A DNA stretch of 12,497 bases from a virus (Duplodnaviria; Heunggongvirae; Uroviricota; Caudoviricetes), in IMG/VR virus record IMGVR_UViG_2859799533_000004. One strand, given 5' to 3'. Positions 1 through 6,437 of this stretch are shown here, one piece after another (the first letter of the stretch is position 1; every line of letters starts with the position of its first letter). The notes beneath the pieces are model-generated. The model was given only the letters and a program-made list of their open reading frames with translations, was not told the DNA's origin and did no database searches. Made by a program: the position numbers and the translations under genes.

Positions 1-1230
1 ATGAGCAGAGCACTTAACAAACTGAGCGATACACAGCTGAGGAAAATCAACGGCACACCCGCCCAAAAAACAGCCTTTCTTAATGACGGTGGAAACCTGA
101 GCGTCAGGCATTCAACCAGCGGCCTTTTAACCTGGTATTTCACCTACAGGGCCGGAACGGGAAGGGGAGCACGACCGGAACGGATTAAGCTGGGAAATTA
201 TCCTGATCTGAGTCTGAAAGCTGCCAGGGAAAAAGCGGCACAGTGTCGCGCTTGGCTTGCTGAGGGGAAAAATCCACGTCATGAGATGAATTACACCGTA
301 CAGAAAGCGTTAAAGCCCGTAACGGTTGGCGATGCGCTTACCTACTGGCTTGAGTCTTACGTAAAGGAAAACCGCGTGGATTATGCCGCCCTGAAAAAGC
401 GCCTTAATAATCACGTAATACAGCACATTGGTGCTATGCCGCTGGATAAATGCGAGCTACGGCACTGGCTGGCCTGTTTTGACCAGGTGGCAAAGCGAAC
501 GCCTGTTACTGCCGGATTCTTGCTACAGACGTGCAAACAGGCGCTTAAGTTCTGCCGGAGGCGGCGCTATGCAATCAGCAACGTTCTTGATGATATGAGT
601 GTGGCGGACGTTGGGAAAAAACCGGATATAAGCGAGCGTGTCTTAAGCACCAAAGAACTTGGCGAATTATTGCAGGCACTGGACAAAAAAATATTTTCCC
701 CTTACTACGTCGCACTAATCCGCCTCCTGATTGTTTTCGGATGCCGGACGGTAGAACTGAGGTTATCGGAGATCAGCGAGTGGGATTTTACCGAAATGCT
801 CTGGACCGTGCCGAAAGAACACAGCAAAACGAAGGTGGCAATATTCCGGCCCATACCGGAAGCAATACTGCCGTTCGTCACGCAGCTGGTGGAGCAGAAC
901 AGGCACACGGGCTTATTGCTGGGGGAAGTGAAACAGGAAACAAGCGTGTCGCAGTACGGCAGATTAGCGCACAGGAGGCTAAAACACCCTCACTGGTCAC
1001 TGCATGACATCCGGCGCACCTTTACAACGATGCTGAACGATTTAGGCGTGGATCCTCACGTCGTGGAGCAGCTTACAGGTCATCAGATGCCAGGGATGCA
1101 ACGAGTCTATAACCATTCCCGTTATCTGGATGCGAAACGTGACGCGCTGGATATGTGGACGGAGCGGTTAGGGATACTGGCGGGAACACATGAAAACGTA
1201 ACCACATTGCCAATAGCCAGAGAAATATAA
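1..1230 (+). CDS. int: Tyrosine-type site-specific integrase, P4 family (N-terminal arm-binding domain plus C-terminal catalytic domain)
   Basis: Full 409-aa ORF. N-terminus has the P4-integrase arm-binding pattern (LNDGGNLSV...WYFTYR...IKLGNYPDLSLKAAREKA). C-terminus carries catalytic motifs HDIRRTF (HxxR), LTGH and VYNHSRY (nucleophile Tyr). Confidence 0.92.
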   Translation: MSRALNKLSDTQLRKINGTPAQKTAFLNDGGNLSVRHSTSGLLTWYFTYRAGTGRGARPERIKLGNYPDLSLKAAREKAAQCRAWLAEGKNPRHEMNYTVQKALKPVTVGDALTYWLESYVKENRVDYAALKKRLNNHVIQHIGAMPLDKCELRHWLACFDQVAKRTPVTAGFLLQTCKQALKFCRRRRYAISNVLDDMSVADVGKKPDISERVLSTKELGELLQALDKKIFSPYYVALIRLLIVFGCRTVELRLSEISEWDFTEMLWTVPKEHSKTKVAIFRPIPEAILPFVTQLVEQNRHTGLLLGEVKQETSVSQYGRLAHRRLKHPHWSLHDIRRTFTTMLNDLGVDPHVVEQLTGHQMPGMQRVYNHSRYLDAKRDALDMWTERLGILAGTHENVTTLPIAREI

Positions 1231-1264
1231 TTTTTTTTGCGATTTTTCAGGATGCGGACAACGT

Positions 1265-1312
1265 GAAACAACGAGACACAACGACGAACAACAAGGAACA
1301 AAATGGAACAAC
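1265..1312 (+). repeat. Five helically phased (~10 bp) direct repeats with ACAAC core; candidate AlpA/Xis-type or integrase arm-type binding array
   Basis: Read directly: GAAACAAC(1265) GACACAAC(1275) GAACAAC(1286) GAACAAA(1296) GAACAAC(1306), all same orientation at 10-11 bp spacing in the int-alpA intergenic region. Confidence 0.6.
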
Positions 1313-1355
1313 GGGTTAAAAATCAGCCATCGTAATAACCATTTGATTTTTATAG

Positions 1356-1376
1356 GTGTACTGTTTTTTTATACAC
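1356..1376. promoter_or_regulatory. Dyad GTGTA-CTGT-N8-ACAC in the AT-rich alpA upstream region; resembles a LexA box with one core mismatch (CAC instead of CAG)
   Basis: Sequence GTGTACTGTTTTTTTATACAC read directly; 5-bp inverted arms GTGTA/TACAC. Regulator identity is not established. Confidence 0.25.
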
Positions 1377-1511
1377 TGGCGAATCACTCTTAAAAATATG
1401 TAAAAAAGGCGTAAAAGTAAAATTTTATGCCTTTGCATCATAATGAATTAAAAGAGTTTTTATTCTCATTCCCCTGCTTCTGTAAAACGACCGCCGCCAG
1501 TGTTTGCCATT

Positions 1512-1545
1512 CCACAAACACCCTGACACAATCCGACACAACCCA
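1512..1545 (+). repeat. Second array of phased CACAA-type direct repeats just upstream of alpA
   Basis: CACAAACACC(1513), ACACAATCC(1526), ACACAACCC(1537) at about 11-bp spacing; same motif family as the 1265-1312 array. Confidence 0.45.
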
Positions 1546-1594
1546 ACCCAATAATCCACCCAATGACTCTTTAAGAAACAACAAAGGGGGAATT

Positions 1595-1783
1595 GTGTTA
1601 AGCACAGATCGCTTTATACGTGAAAAAGAATGTCAGCAACTTACAGGCCTGAGCCGCTCATGTCGGTACCGCCTGGAAAAAGCCGGACAATTCCCATCAC
1701 GGCGTAAGCTGGGCGGTCGTTCCGTTGGCTGGTCTTTATCCGAAGTTCTGGCATGGAAGGACAGCTGCGAGGCAGTTCACTAA
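1595..1783 (+). CDS. alpA: AlpA-family (P4 Vis-like) small DNA-binding regulator/excisionase
   Basis: C-terminal 62 aa of ORF 1427..1783 match the AlpA/Vis pattern (LSTDRFIREKECQQLTGLSRSCRYRLEKAGQFPSRRKLGGRSVGWSLSEVLAW). Start placed at in-frame GTG 1595 after AAAGGGGG; the ATG at 1427 would add an N-terminal extension across the repeat arrays. Confidence 0.8.
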   Translation: MLSTDRFIREKECQQLTGLSRSCRYRLEKAGQFPSRRKLGGRSVGWSLSEVLAWKDSCEAVH

Positions 1784-1835
1784 TCAGGCTGGCGGCACAC
1801 AGCCGCCACCCATCCACTAATACAGAGATCTAACC

Positions 1836-2210
1836 ATGAATACTGGATATTCTCCCGAACAAGGGCGGGGCTTCGTTCGTCCTGAAAAACAGAATCTGCA
1901 AAATTTTGCCGAAATTATTCCGGTTATTTCCGGCCTTACTGGCGGGAGTGAAACCAATATTGTTAACGCCAGAGCGTTGCAGATGTTTGATGATAAAAAG
2001 GGAGTAAATTTAACTTACACCCCTGACGGCAATCAGAATATGAGCATTATCTCTGAGTCAGGTTTCTACAAACTAATAAAAACAAAAAGCGCCCCGTTGC
2101 CGGAGCGCCTTTGTGAACAATTAACCTACTGCGCAAAAAATGAATCTGAGCAGTGGGATTATATCAACCATGTGGAGAAGCGCCACAATTGCCGAATAAC
2201 GGGCAAAACA
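1836..2210 (+). CDS. Possible Bro-N-like (antirepressor-type) protein fragment; 3' end undefined because the frame stays open to 3260
   Basis: N-terminal ~125 aa are protein-like and contain a Bro-N-like motif (DDKKGVNLTYTPDGNQNMSIISESGFYKLIKTKS). The remainder of the 474-aa ORF is Cys/Ser/Arg-rich and antisense to better-supported minus-strand genes. End coordinate is nominal. Confidence 0.3.
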
Positions 2211-2311
2211 AAGGCCACCCGCTACGGTGGCCCCTCGACACAAGCTACACGTTATCCCCAACGCATGAGCATTGCCAACAATGCCACATTTGCGGCTGGT
2301 GGGCAATGCAA

Positions 2312-2500
2312 TCAGTCTGGTTCAGTTCGTTGCCATACCTGCAATGAGCGCTTTTCCCTGTACTCTTTAAGGAATTGCTCAAGGGCAAAAGCACATGGCG
2401 CGAATCTTTCTGATTCATGCTCTATCTTTCTGCGCCGTCTTTTCCGTGCCGGTGATAATGTTTTGGTCAATTCTTTATCGGTCATTGTGTTGTCCTGCAT
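2312..2500 (-). CDS. Small basic protein (57-62 aa), second gene of the leftward pair; function unknown
   Basis: ORF with an RRRRK basic patch. An internal ATG at 2485 has a better SD (AGGA, 7-nt spacer) than the ATG at 2500. Lies 42 bp downstream of the RHH-like gene. Confidence 0.45.
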   Translation of the reverse strand: MQDNTMTDKELTKTLSPARKRRRRKIEHESERFAPCAFALEQFLKEYREKRSLQVWQRTEPD

Positions 2501-2542
2501 AGCAATGCGCCGTAATACCTTACACCACGGCGCTGATGGTGA

Positions 2543-2848
2543 TTACTCTGGTTCTTTGGTCTTGCGGCGCTGGAGTTCTTCACGTGCGACAGTGACGAGC
2601 TGCCCGATCTCCTCGGCGGCTTTGATTCCGAGTTTTTCCACCTGCGCCAGTGCATCGAGCGAAGAAACCAGGGGATTTTCTCCACTTCCTTCTGCCTGGC
2701 GCCGGGCGATCTCACCGCGTACAGCCGTAACTATAAAATTCGCTTTAGTTTCCCCTGGCTGTAGGGATGCCTCAATGCCACTCACTACTTCATGTGGAAA
2801 TCTGGCATTCAGTTGCTGTGACTTATTGTTAACAGAACTCCTGGACAT
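2543..2848 (-). CDS. Putative transcriptional regulator, possibly ribbon-helix-helix type; candidate island repressor (or antitoxin)
   Basis: 101-aa protein from ATG at 2848 with strong SD (GGAGGTG, 5-nt spacer). N-terminal pattern NARFPHEVVSGIEASL...TKANFIVTAVRGEIARRQ fits a beta-strand plus two helices. It is transcribed divergently from the main operon across the operator palindromes. Confidence 0.55.
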   Translation of the reverse strand: MSRSSVNNKSQQLNARFPHEVVSGIEASLQPGETKANFIVTAVRGEIARRQAEGSGENPLVSSLDALAQVEKLGIKAAEEIGQLVTVAREELQRRKTKEPE

Positions 2849-2891
2849 GTTTGCACCTCCCATTAATAACGGGATGCAGTGTAATACAAAA

Positions 2892-2946
2892 GTGAATACC
2901 AAAAAAGACTTGAAATGGTATTCACCTAAATGTAATGTGAATACCA
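2892..2946. promoter_or_regulatory. Operator region: three copies of GTGAATACCA forming two overlapping perfect 10-bp-arm palindromes between the divergent genes
   Basis: GTGAATACCA at 2892-2901, TGGTATTCAC at 2916-2925 (inverted), GTGAATACCA at 2937-2946; read directly. Confidence 0.6.
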
Positions 2947-2984
2947 CAAGTGCTGATACATGCAATTCAGCAATTGAAACGACG

Positions 2985-3017
2985 AAGCCCCGCACTGTTG
3001 GAGCAGTAACGGGGCTT
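2985..3017 (+). promoter_or_regulatory. Imperfect long hairpin in the leader of the rightward operon
   Basis: AAGCCCCG(2985-2992) pairs with CGGGGCTT(3010-3017), extended by CACTG/CAGT. No following T-run, so it is not a classic terminator. Confidence 0.3.
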
Positions 3018-3053
3018 CTAACCACCAACGATAACGAGAGTATCGAGGTAGCT

Positions 3054-3260
3054 ATGAGAAATCATACCACACACCCGCAAGGGCGGGACTCGCACAACCT
3101 GAATAAATACATCTGGCGTTTTATCGCCCTGAGCACTGCACAACCGCGCGTGATTACCATTGAGGCCACCAGCGAACAGGAAGCACGCCAGCAATCCCCG
3201 GCTGGCTGCGTGATGGTATTCGCTGCCCGTATTCGTCAGGAGGTGTGCCATGTGCAATAA
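3054..3260 (+). CDS. Small protein (68 aa), first gene of the rightward operon; tentatively Icd-like (P4 cell-division-inhibitor family)
   Basis: ATG 3054 with SD GAGGT (4-nt spacer). Protein-like sequence YIWRFIALSTAQPRVITIEATSEQEARQQ...VMVFAARIR. The family assignment is from memory and unverified. Its stop overlaps the next start. Confidence 0.5.
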   Translation: MRNHTTHPQGRDSHNLNKYIWRFIALSTAQPRVITIEATSEQEARQQSPAGCVMVFAARIRQEVCHVQ

Positions 3261-3474
3261 CACCCGTCCGGACGCAGCCGCCGAAGCCATCATAACGCTA
3301 ATGCATGCGCTGATTGATATTTCTGTTATTGCTGACAGGGCGCATAAACACGCAGCCAGAGAATCAGAATGCATCTTCCATTATTTAGCATTTGTGCAGC
3401 TAAAAGCCGATCAGGCACTGGATAAGGCCGGAAAAATTATCATGGCTGATGTGCAGGAGGTGCACCATGCATAA
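3250..3474 (+). CDS. Hypothetical protein (74 aa)
   Basis: ATG 3250 preceded by AGGAGG (6-nt spacer); overlaps the upstream stop by 11 nt and the downstream start by 8 nt. Confidence 0.6.
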   Translation: MCNNTRPDAAAEAIITLMHALIDISVIADRAHKHAARESECIFHYLAFVQLKADQALDKAGKIIMADVQEVHHA

Positions 3475-3832
3475 CCTGTCAATTTCTGACCTTAACAGCA
3501 TTCAGTTTGACGAGAAATTTACCGGGCAGTTGCTGGTCAATGTGGAGAACGGGCGCATAGTGCGTAATTATCACCTGCCGGATGGTGCAATTGCCGGAAG
3601 CGTTGAAGCATTGCTGGAACTGGCGGAACGTGCGCGACTGATTAAGCCGTCAACGAGCCATCACGATGATGATCTGCATTTTACCGGATGTATGGTGAGT
3701 CACTACGAAAACGGCGTCGAGGTATCCTGCGAACGGCTGCGTGATGATTGCTGTTTCGGCACACTGCCGGAATTTATCGAGTTGCTGACCAGTTGCGGTT
3801 ATCAGGTCATTCAGGGGGGTAAACATGCGTGA
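3467..3832 (+). CDS. Hypothetical protein (121 aa)
   Basis: Start placed at ATG 3467 (MHNLSISD...) because AGGAGG sits 7 nt upstream; the ORF-track start at 3449 lacks an SD. Coupled to its neighbours by ATGCATAA and CATGCGTGA overlaps. Confidence 0.6.
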   Translation: MHNLSISDLNSIQFDEKFTGQLLVNVENGRIVRNYHLPDGAIAGSVEALLELAERARLIKPSTSHHDDDLHFTGCMVSHYENGVEVSCERLRDDCCFGTLPEFIELLTSCGYQVIQGGKHA

Positions 3833-4058
3833 TGATCGTTTTAATTCCCTGAAACAGGAATTTTCCGGCGTTCCTGATGATGCGGCTGATGCGCTTTCGT
3901 CAATGCCAGAACTTATTAGAGCGGCTTTTTTCTTACTTTCCACGAGAGAATATAAATCAACGGGGCTTGATGTACTGAATATCGCCGCCGATTATGCGGA
4001 ATATGTGGCAGAGGCGCGTTACAGAAGAAAATTTCCTGAGGATGTAAGCCATGCGTGA
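3825..4058 (+). CDS. Hypothetical protein (77 aa)
   Basis: ATG overlaps the upstream stop (ATGCGTGA); begins MRD. Confidence 0.6.
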   Translation: MRDDRFNSLKQEFSGVPDDAADALSSMPELIRAAFFLLSTREYKSTGLDVLNIAADYAEYVAEARYRRKFPEDVSHA

Positions 4059-4284
4059 TATTTACCACGAAACAATAGACCGCGCATTTCTTGCACTTTC
4101 TCACAGTGAAAACATGCTGGAAATATTGCGCATATGGCTTGAAACACTTGGCGACAATGAACGCGACAAACAAAAATCAAGAATTGCCACGGCATTAATA
4201 ACGCTTCTTGAGCCTGTAATAATGGAACTGCAAGAAATAGATCTATTGCACGACAGATATAAAGAACAGCACACCGGAGAATAA
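4051..4284 (+). CDS. Hypothetical protein (77 aa)
   Basis: Same ATGCGTGA overlap junction as the preceding gene; also begins MRD and has the same length, suggesting a diverged tandem paralog. Confidence 0.6.
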   Translation: MRDIYHETIDRAFLALSHSENMLEILRIWLETLGDNERDKQKSRIATALITLLEPVIMELQEIDLLHDRYKEQHTGE

Positions 4285-4289
4285 AAATA

Positions 4290-4589
4290 ATGAAACTTAA
4301 ATATTCTGGCTTAACTGCCAGTGGCAACACTCACCCTAAATTTACGCGCGGTGATATTTACCGCGACCAGTACGGCGGCACGGTAATGATTAAGGGCGTG
4401 GAAGAACGGCGTGTAACCTACCGCCGTGAAGGTTACGAATATGATTGCGTGATGCCTGTTTATCAGTTCCGGCGTGATTTTTCTCTGGTACAGACCGCGC
4501 CGCATAACGTGCCCACCAGCAACGCCAGGGCACGGGCAAACATCCAGAAGCTGAAAACCATGGTTAACGGATTCAGGGGCAAGAAATGA
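4290..4589 (+). CDS. Hypothetical protein (99 aa) immediately upstream of, and coupled to, the replicase gene
   Basis: ATG 4290 with GGAGA upstream; its stop overlaps the rep start (ATGA). Confidence 0.65.
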   Translation: MKLKYSGLTASGNTHPKFTRGDIYRDQYGGTVMIKGVEERRVTYRREGYEYDCVMPVYQFRRDFSLVQTAPHNVPTSNARARANIQKLKTMVNGFRGKK

Positions 4590-5884
4590 AAAGCGCACCG
4601 AACTTAAAAAAACAGCCTTACGACAAGATGACCGAAGTCATTATTTTTGCGGGTAGTGATGCCTGGGCACATGCGAAACAGTGGCAGGAACAGGACGGGC
4701 GACTGGCTGGCGATAATGTGCCTCCCGTTGTGCTGGCTGATGATCAACTGGATGAACTGGCAGACCTGAGAATCATCGACGAGGGGCGCTATTGTGTCCG
4801 GCTGTACAAGGCAGGCCACATCAGGCCATCAAATATTAATGCCATTGCGCACAAGCTGGCGGCGGCGGGTGTAACTGATGCGAATTATTACCCCGAAGGG
4901 ATGCACAGCCATATGCGGGAGAACTGGCGCGAATACCTGGAACGGGTGCGCGGGAAAGAGCCGGCGGAAGAAAAAAACCACCAGCGAAAAACCACGCTAC
5001 CGATGAGCGTTGGATCTACCGGATACGACACGCAACTGGATTACGTGGTTAAGGGGATTATTCCGGCGGTATCGCTATGCAGCATATACGGAGCTAGCGG
5101 GTCCTATAAATCATTCCTTGCCGGATCGTGGGCGTGCCATGTTGCCACTGGTCGCCAGTGGGGAGGCCGCAGGGTTGCACATGGTGCGGTTCTCTATGTG
5201 GTTGGTGAAGGCGGTATAGGTGTTCCGCGTCGTGTAAAAGCCTGGGAGGTTGTGCACGATGAGCAGGTGAAAAATCTGTATCTGGTAAACCGCCCCATCT
5301 TTCCGGCTGCCCCGCTTGATGTTGATGAAATGGTTATCGCTGCCCGTCAGGTGGAGCGGGAAACGGGTAAACCTGTACGCATGATTATTCTGGATACGCT
5401 GGCGCGTTGCTTTGGTGGGAATGATGAAAATGATTCCCGTGATATGGGGGCGTTTATCCGTGGTTGTGACGAACTGAAACGACGCACAGGGGCCACGGTG
5501 CTGGTGGTTCACCATTCCGGCAAGGATGAGACGAAAGGCGCGCGCGGTTCCAGTGCATTTCGTGCTTCGCTGGATGCTGAATACCGGATACGCAGGGAGG
5601 ACGCAGGAAGCGAAGCGCTGGTTATCTCATGCACCAAAATGAAGGACGCGGAGGAACTCAAAGAAGCCGCATATGACTTACGCGTGGTGGAGCTTTTTAC
5701 CGACGCTGACGGTGAATTAATCACGTCGCTGGTGGTGGTGGATGATCCGCGCCCTCCTGTTGAACTGGAGCGCATCGAGGAGGCAGGGAACAAGACGGAA
5801 AACCATACCGCGCTATGGGGTGCATCCGTTCACGCACACAGAACGGCGACAAGTGCACGATCCCGCTGTTACGTGATGACATGA
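4586..5884 (+). CDS. Replication protein: RepA/DnaB-like RecA-fold P-loop ATPase (AAA_25-type helicase core) with ~150-aa N-terminal extension
   Basis: P-loop region IYGASGSYKSFLAGSWACHVATG (5090-5113), Walker B VRMIILDTLARCF, and the family-typical VLVVHHSGKDETKGARGSSA motif. The Walker A is non-canonical (Tyr where the Gly before Lys is expected). Confidence 0.82.
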   Translation: MKSAPNLKKQPYDKMTEVIIFAGSDAWAHAKQWQEQDGRLAGDNVPPVVLADDQLDELADLRIIDEGRYCVRLYKAGHIRPSNINAIAHKLAAAGVTDANYYPEGMHSHMRENWREYLERVRGKEPAEEKNHQRKTTLPMSVGSTGYDTQLDYVVKGIIPAVSLCSIYGASGSYKSFLAGSWACHVATGRQWGGRRVAHGAVLYVVGEGGIGVPRRVKAWEVVHDEQVKNLYLVNRPIFPAAPLDVDEMVIAARQVERETGKPVRMIILDTLARCFGGNDENDSRDMGAFIRGCDELKRRTGATVLVVHHSGKDETKGARGSSAFRASLDAEYRIRREDAGSEALVISCTKMKDAEELKEAAYDLRVVELFTDADGELITSLVVVDDPRPPVELERIEEAGNKTENHTALWGASVHAHRTATSARSRCYVMT

Positions 5885-5985
5885 AAAAGCTGGGGTATGA
5901 AATGAAAAACTTCCGGCGCTGGCTGTACAAGCTGGAAAAAGATGGGGTTATTCGTATCGATGGGGATGATGTAGCGCCGCTATAA
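5881..5985 (+). CDS. Small ORF (34 aa) overlapping the rep stop (ATGA); may be a frame-shifted C-terminal part of the replicase rather than a separate gene
   Basis: The +1 frame from 5764 reads as protein-like sequence (..GDKCTIPLLRDDMKKLGYEMKNFRRWLYKLEKDGVIRIDGDDVAPL) whereas the annotated rep tail (HTALWGASVHAHRTATSARSRCYVMT) does not. Confidence 0.3.
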   Translation: MKKLGYEMKNFRRWLYKLEKDGVIRIDGDDVAPL

Positions 5986-6177
5986 AAGTGAGGAGCAAAA
6001 GCGAGGGGGATAGAAAGAGGGCCAAAATTAGCCCGCTCTCCCTCACTTTTCGACCTGTATACATCCTCAAAAGTGAGGGGTAAAAAAATACTTATGAAAC
6101 ACACACATAGAAAAACCGAAAATCCCAACTGCGACGAAGTGAGACGCTTGAAAAAGTGAGGCGAAAAAGTGAGAGGT
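5984..6177 (+). repeat. Iteron cluster, probable replication origin, with central AT-rich unwinding segment
   Basis: AAAAGTGAGG at 5984, 6069 and 6152; AAAAGTGAGA at 6166; variants AAAAGCGAGG (5997) and GAAGTGAGA (6135); an inverted copy CCTCACTTTT (6041-6050); AT-rich stretch 6080-6130. Directly downstream of rep. Confidence 0.7.
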
Positions 6178-6185
6178 TGCGAGAA

Positions 6186-6437
6186 ATGACCCAAAAACGC
6201 AGAGACAGAACAGAGCCAAAATATAAAGCGTTAGACATGACTGAGCACACCTTAAAGGTGGCAATCAGAACGATAGACCGCCACACGCGGGAAGGATACG
6301 CGAAGGAACATCCCGACCTGATAAGCGCATTCATGACCACGGCGGCGGCAAACTTTGCCACGCTGACAGAACGGGAGATTGCCGAAGCGGAACAGGTAAC
6401 AACCATCAACGTTAAAACCGGAGAGGTGGAATCATGA
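6186..6437 (+). CDS. Hypothetical protein (83 aa) overlapping the origin and coupled to ssb
   Basis: Start at ATG 6186 within ORF 6156..6437; stop overlaps the ssb start (ATGA). Confidence 0.5.
   Translation: MTQKRRDRTEPKYKALDMTEHTLKVAIRTIDRHTREGYAKEHPDLISAFMTTAAANFATLTEREIAEAEQVTTINVKTGEVES

Noticed and set aside
705-1007. ORFs 705-908 (-) and 741-1007 (+) inside the integrase gene
   Set aside because: Alternative-frame and antisense ORFs within a well-supported integrase CDS; Gly/Ala/Arg-rich translations typical of off-frame reading of GC-rich coding sequence.
1356-1376. A bona fide LexA box controlling alpA
   Set aside because: Not called as a feature with confidence: the core is CTGT-N8-ACAC, with a mismatch at one of the most conserved positions (CAG), so it is kept only as a low-confidence regulatory dyad.
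1427-1594. ATG at 1427 as the alpA start, giving a 118-aa product
   Set aside because: The added N-terminal 56 residues run across the phased repeat arrays and are low-complexity; AlpA-family proteins are about 60-70 aa; an in-frame GTG with a G-rich SD lies at 1595.
2543-3028. Full 161-aa minus-strand ORF as the regulator gene
   Set aside because: The first 60 codons overlap the operator palindromes and lack an SD; the internal ATG at 2848 has a strong GGAGGTG SD and gives a compact 101-aa protein.
5111-6194. Minus-strand ORFs 5111-5515, 5509-5793 and 5721-6194 inside or antisense to rep and the origin
   Set aside because: Antisense shadows of a well-supported plus-strand gene, with Ser/Arg-rich low-complexity translations and no SD; the last one is driven by the iteron repeats.
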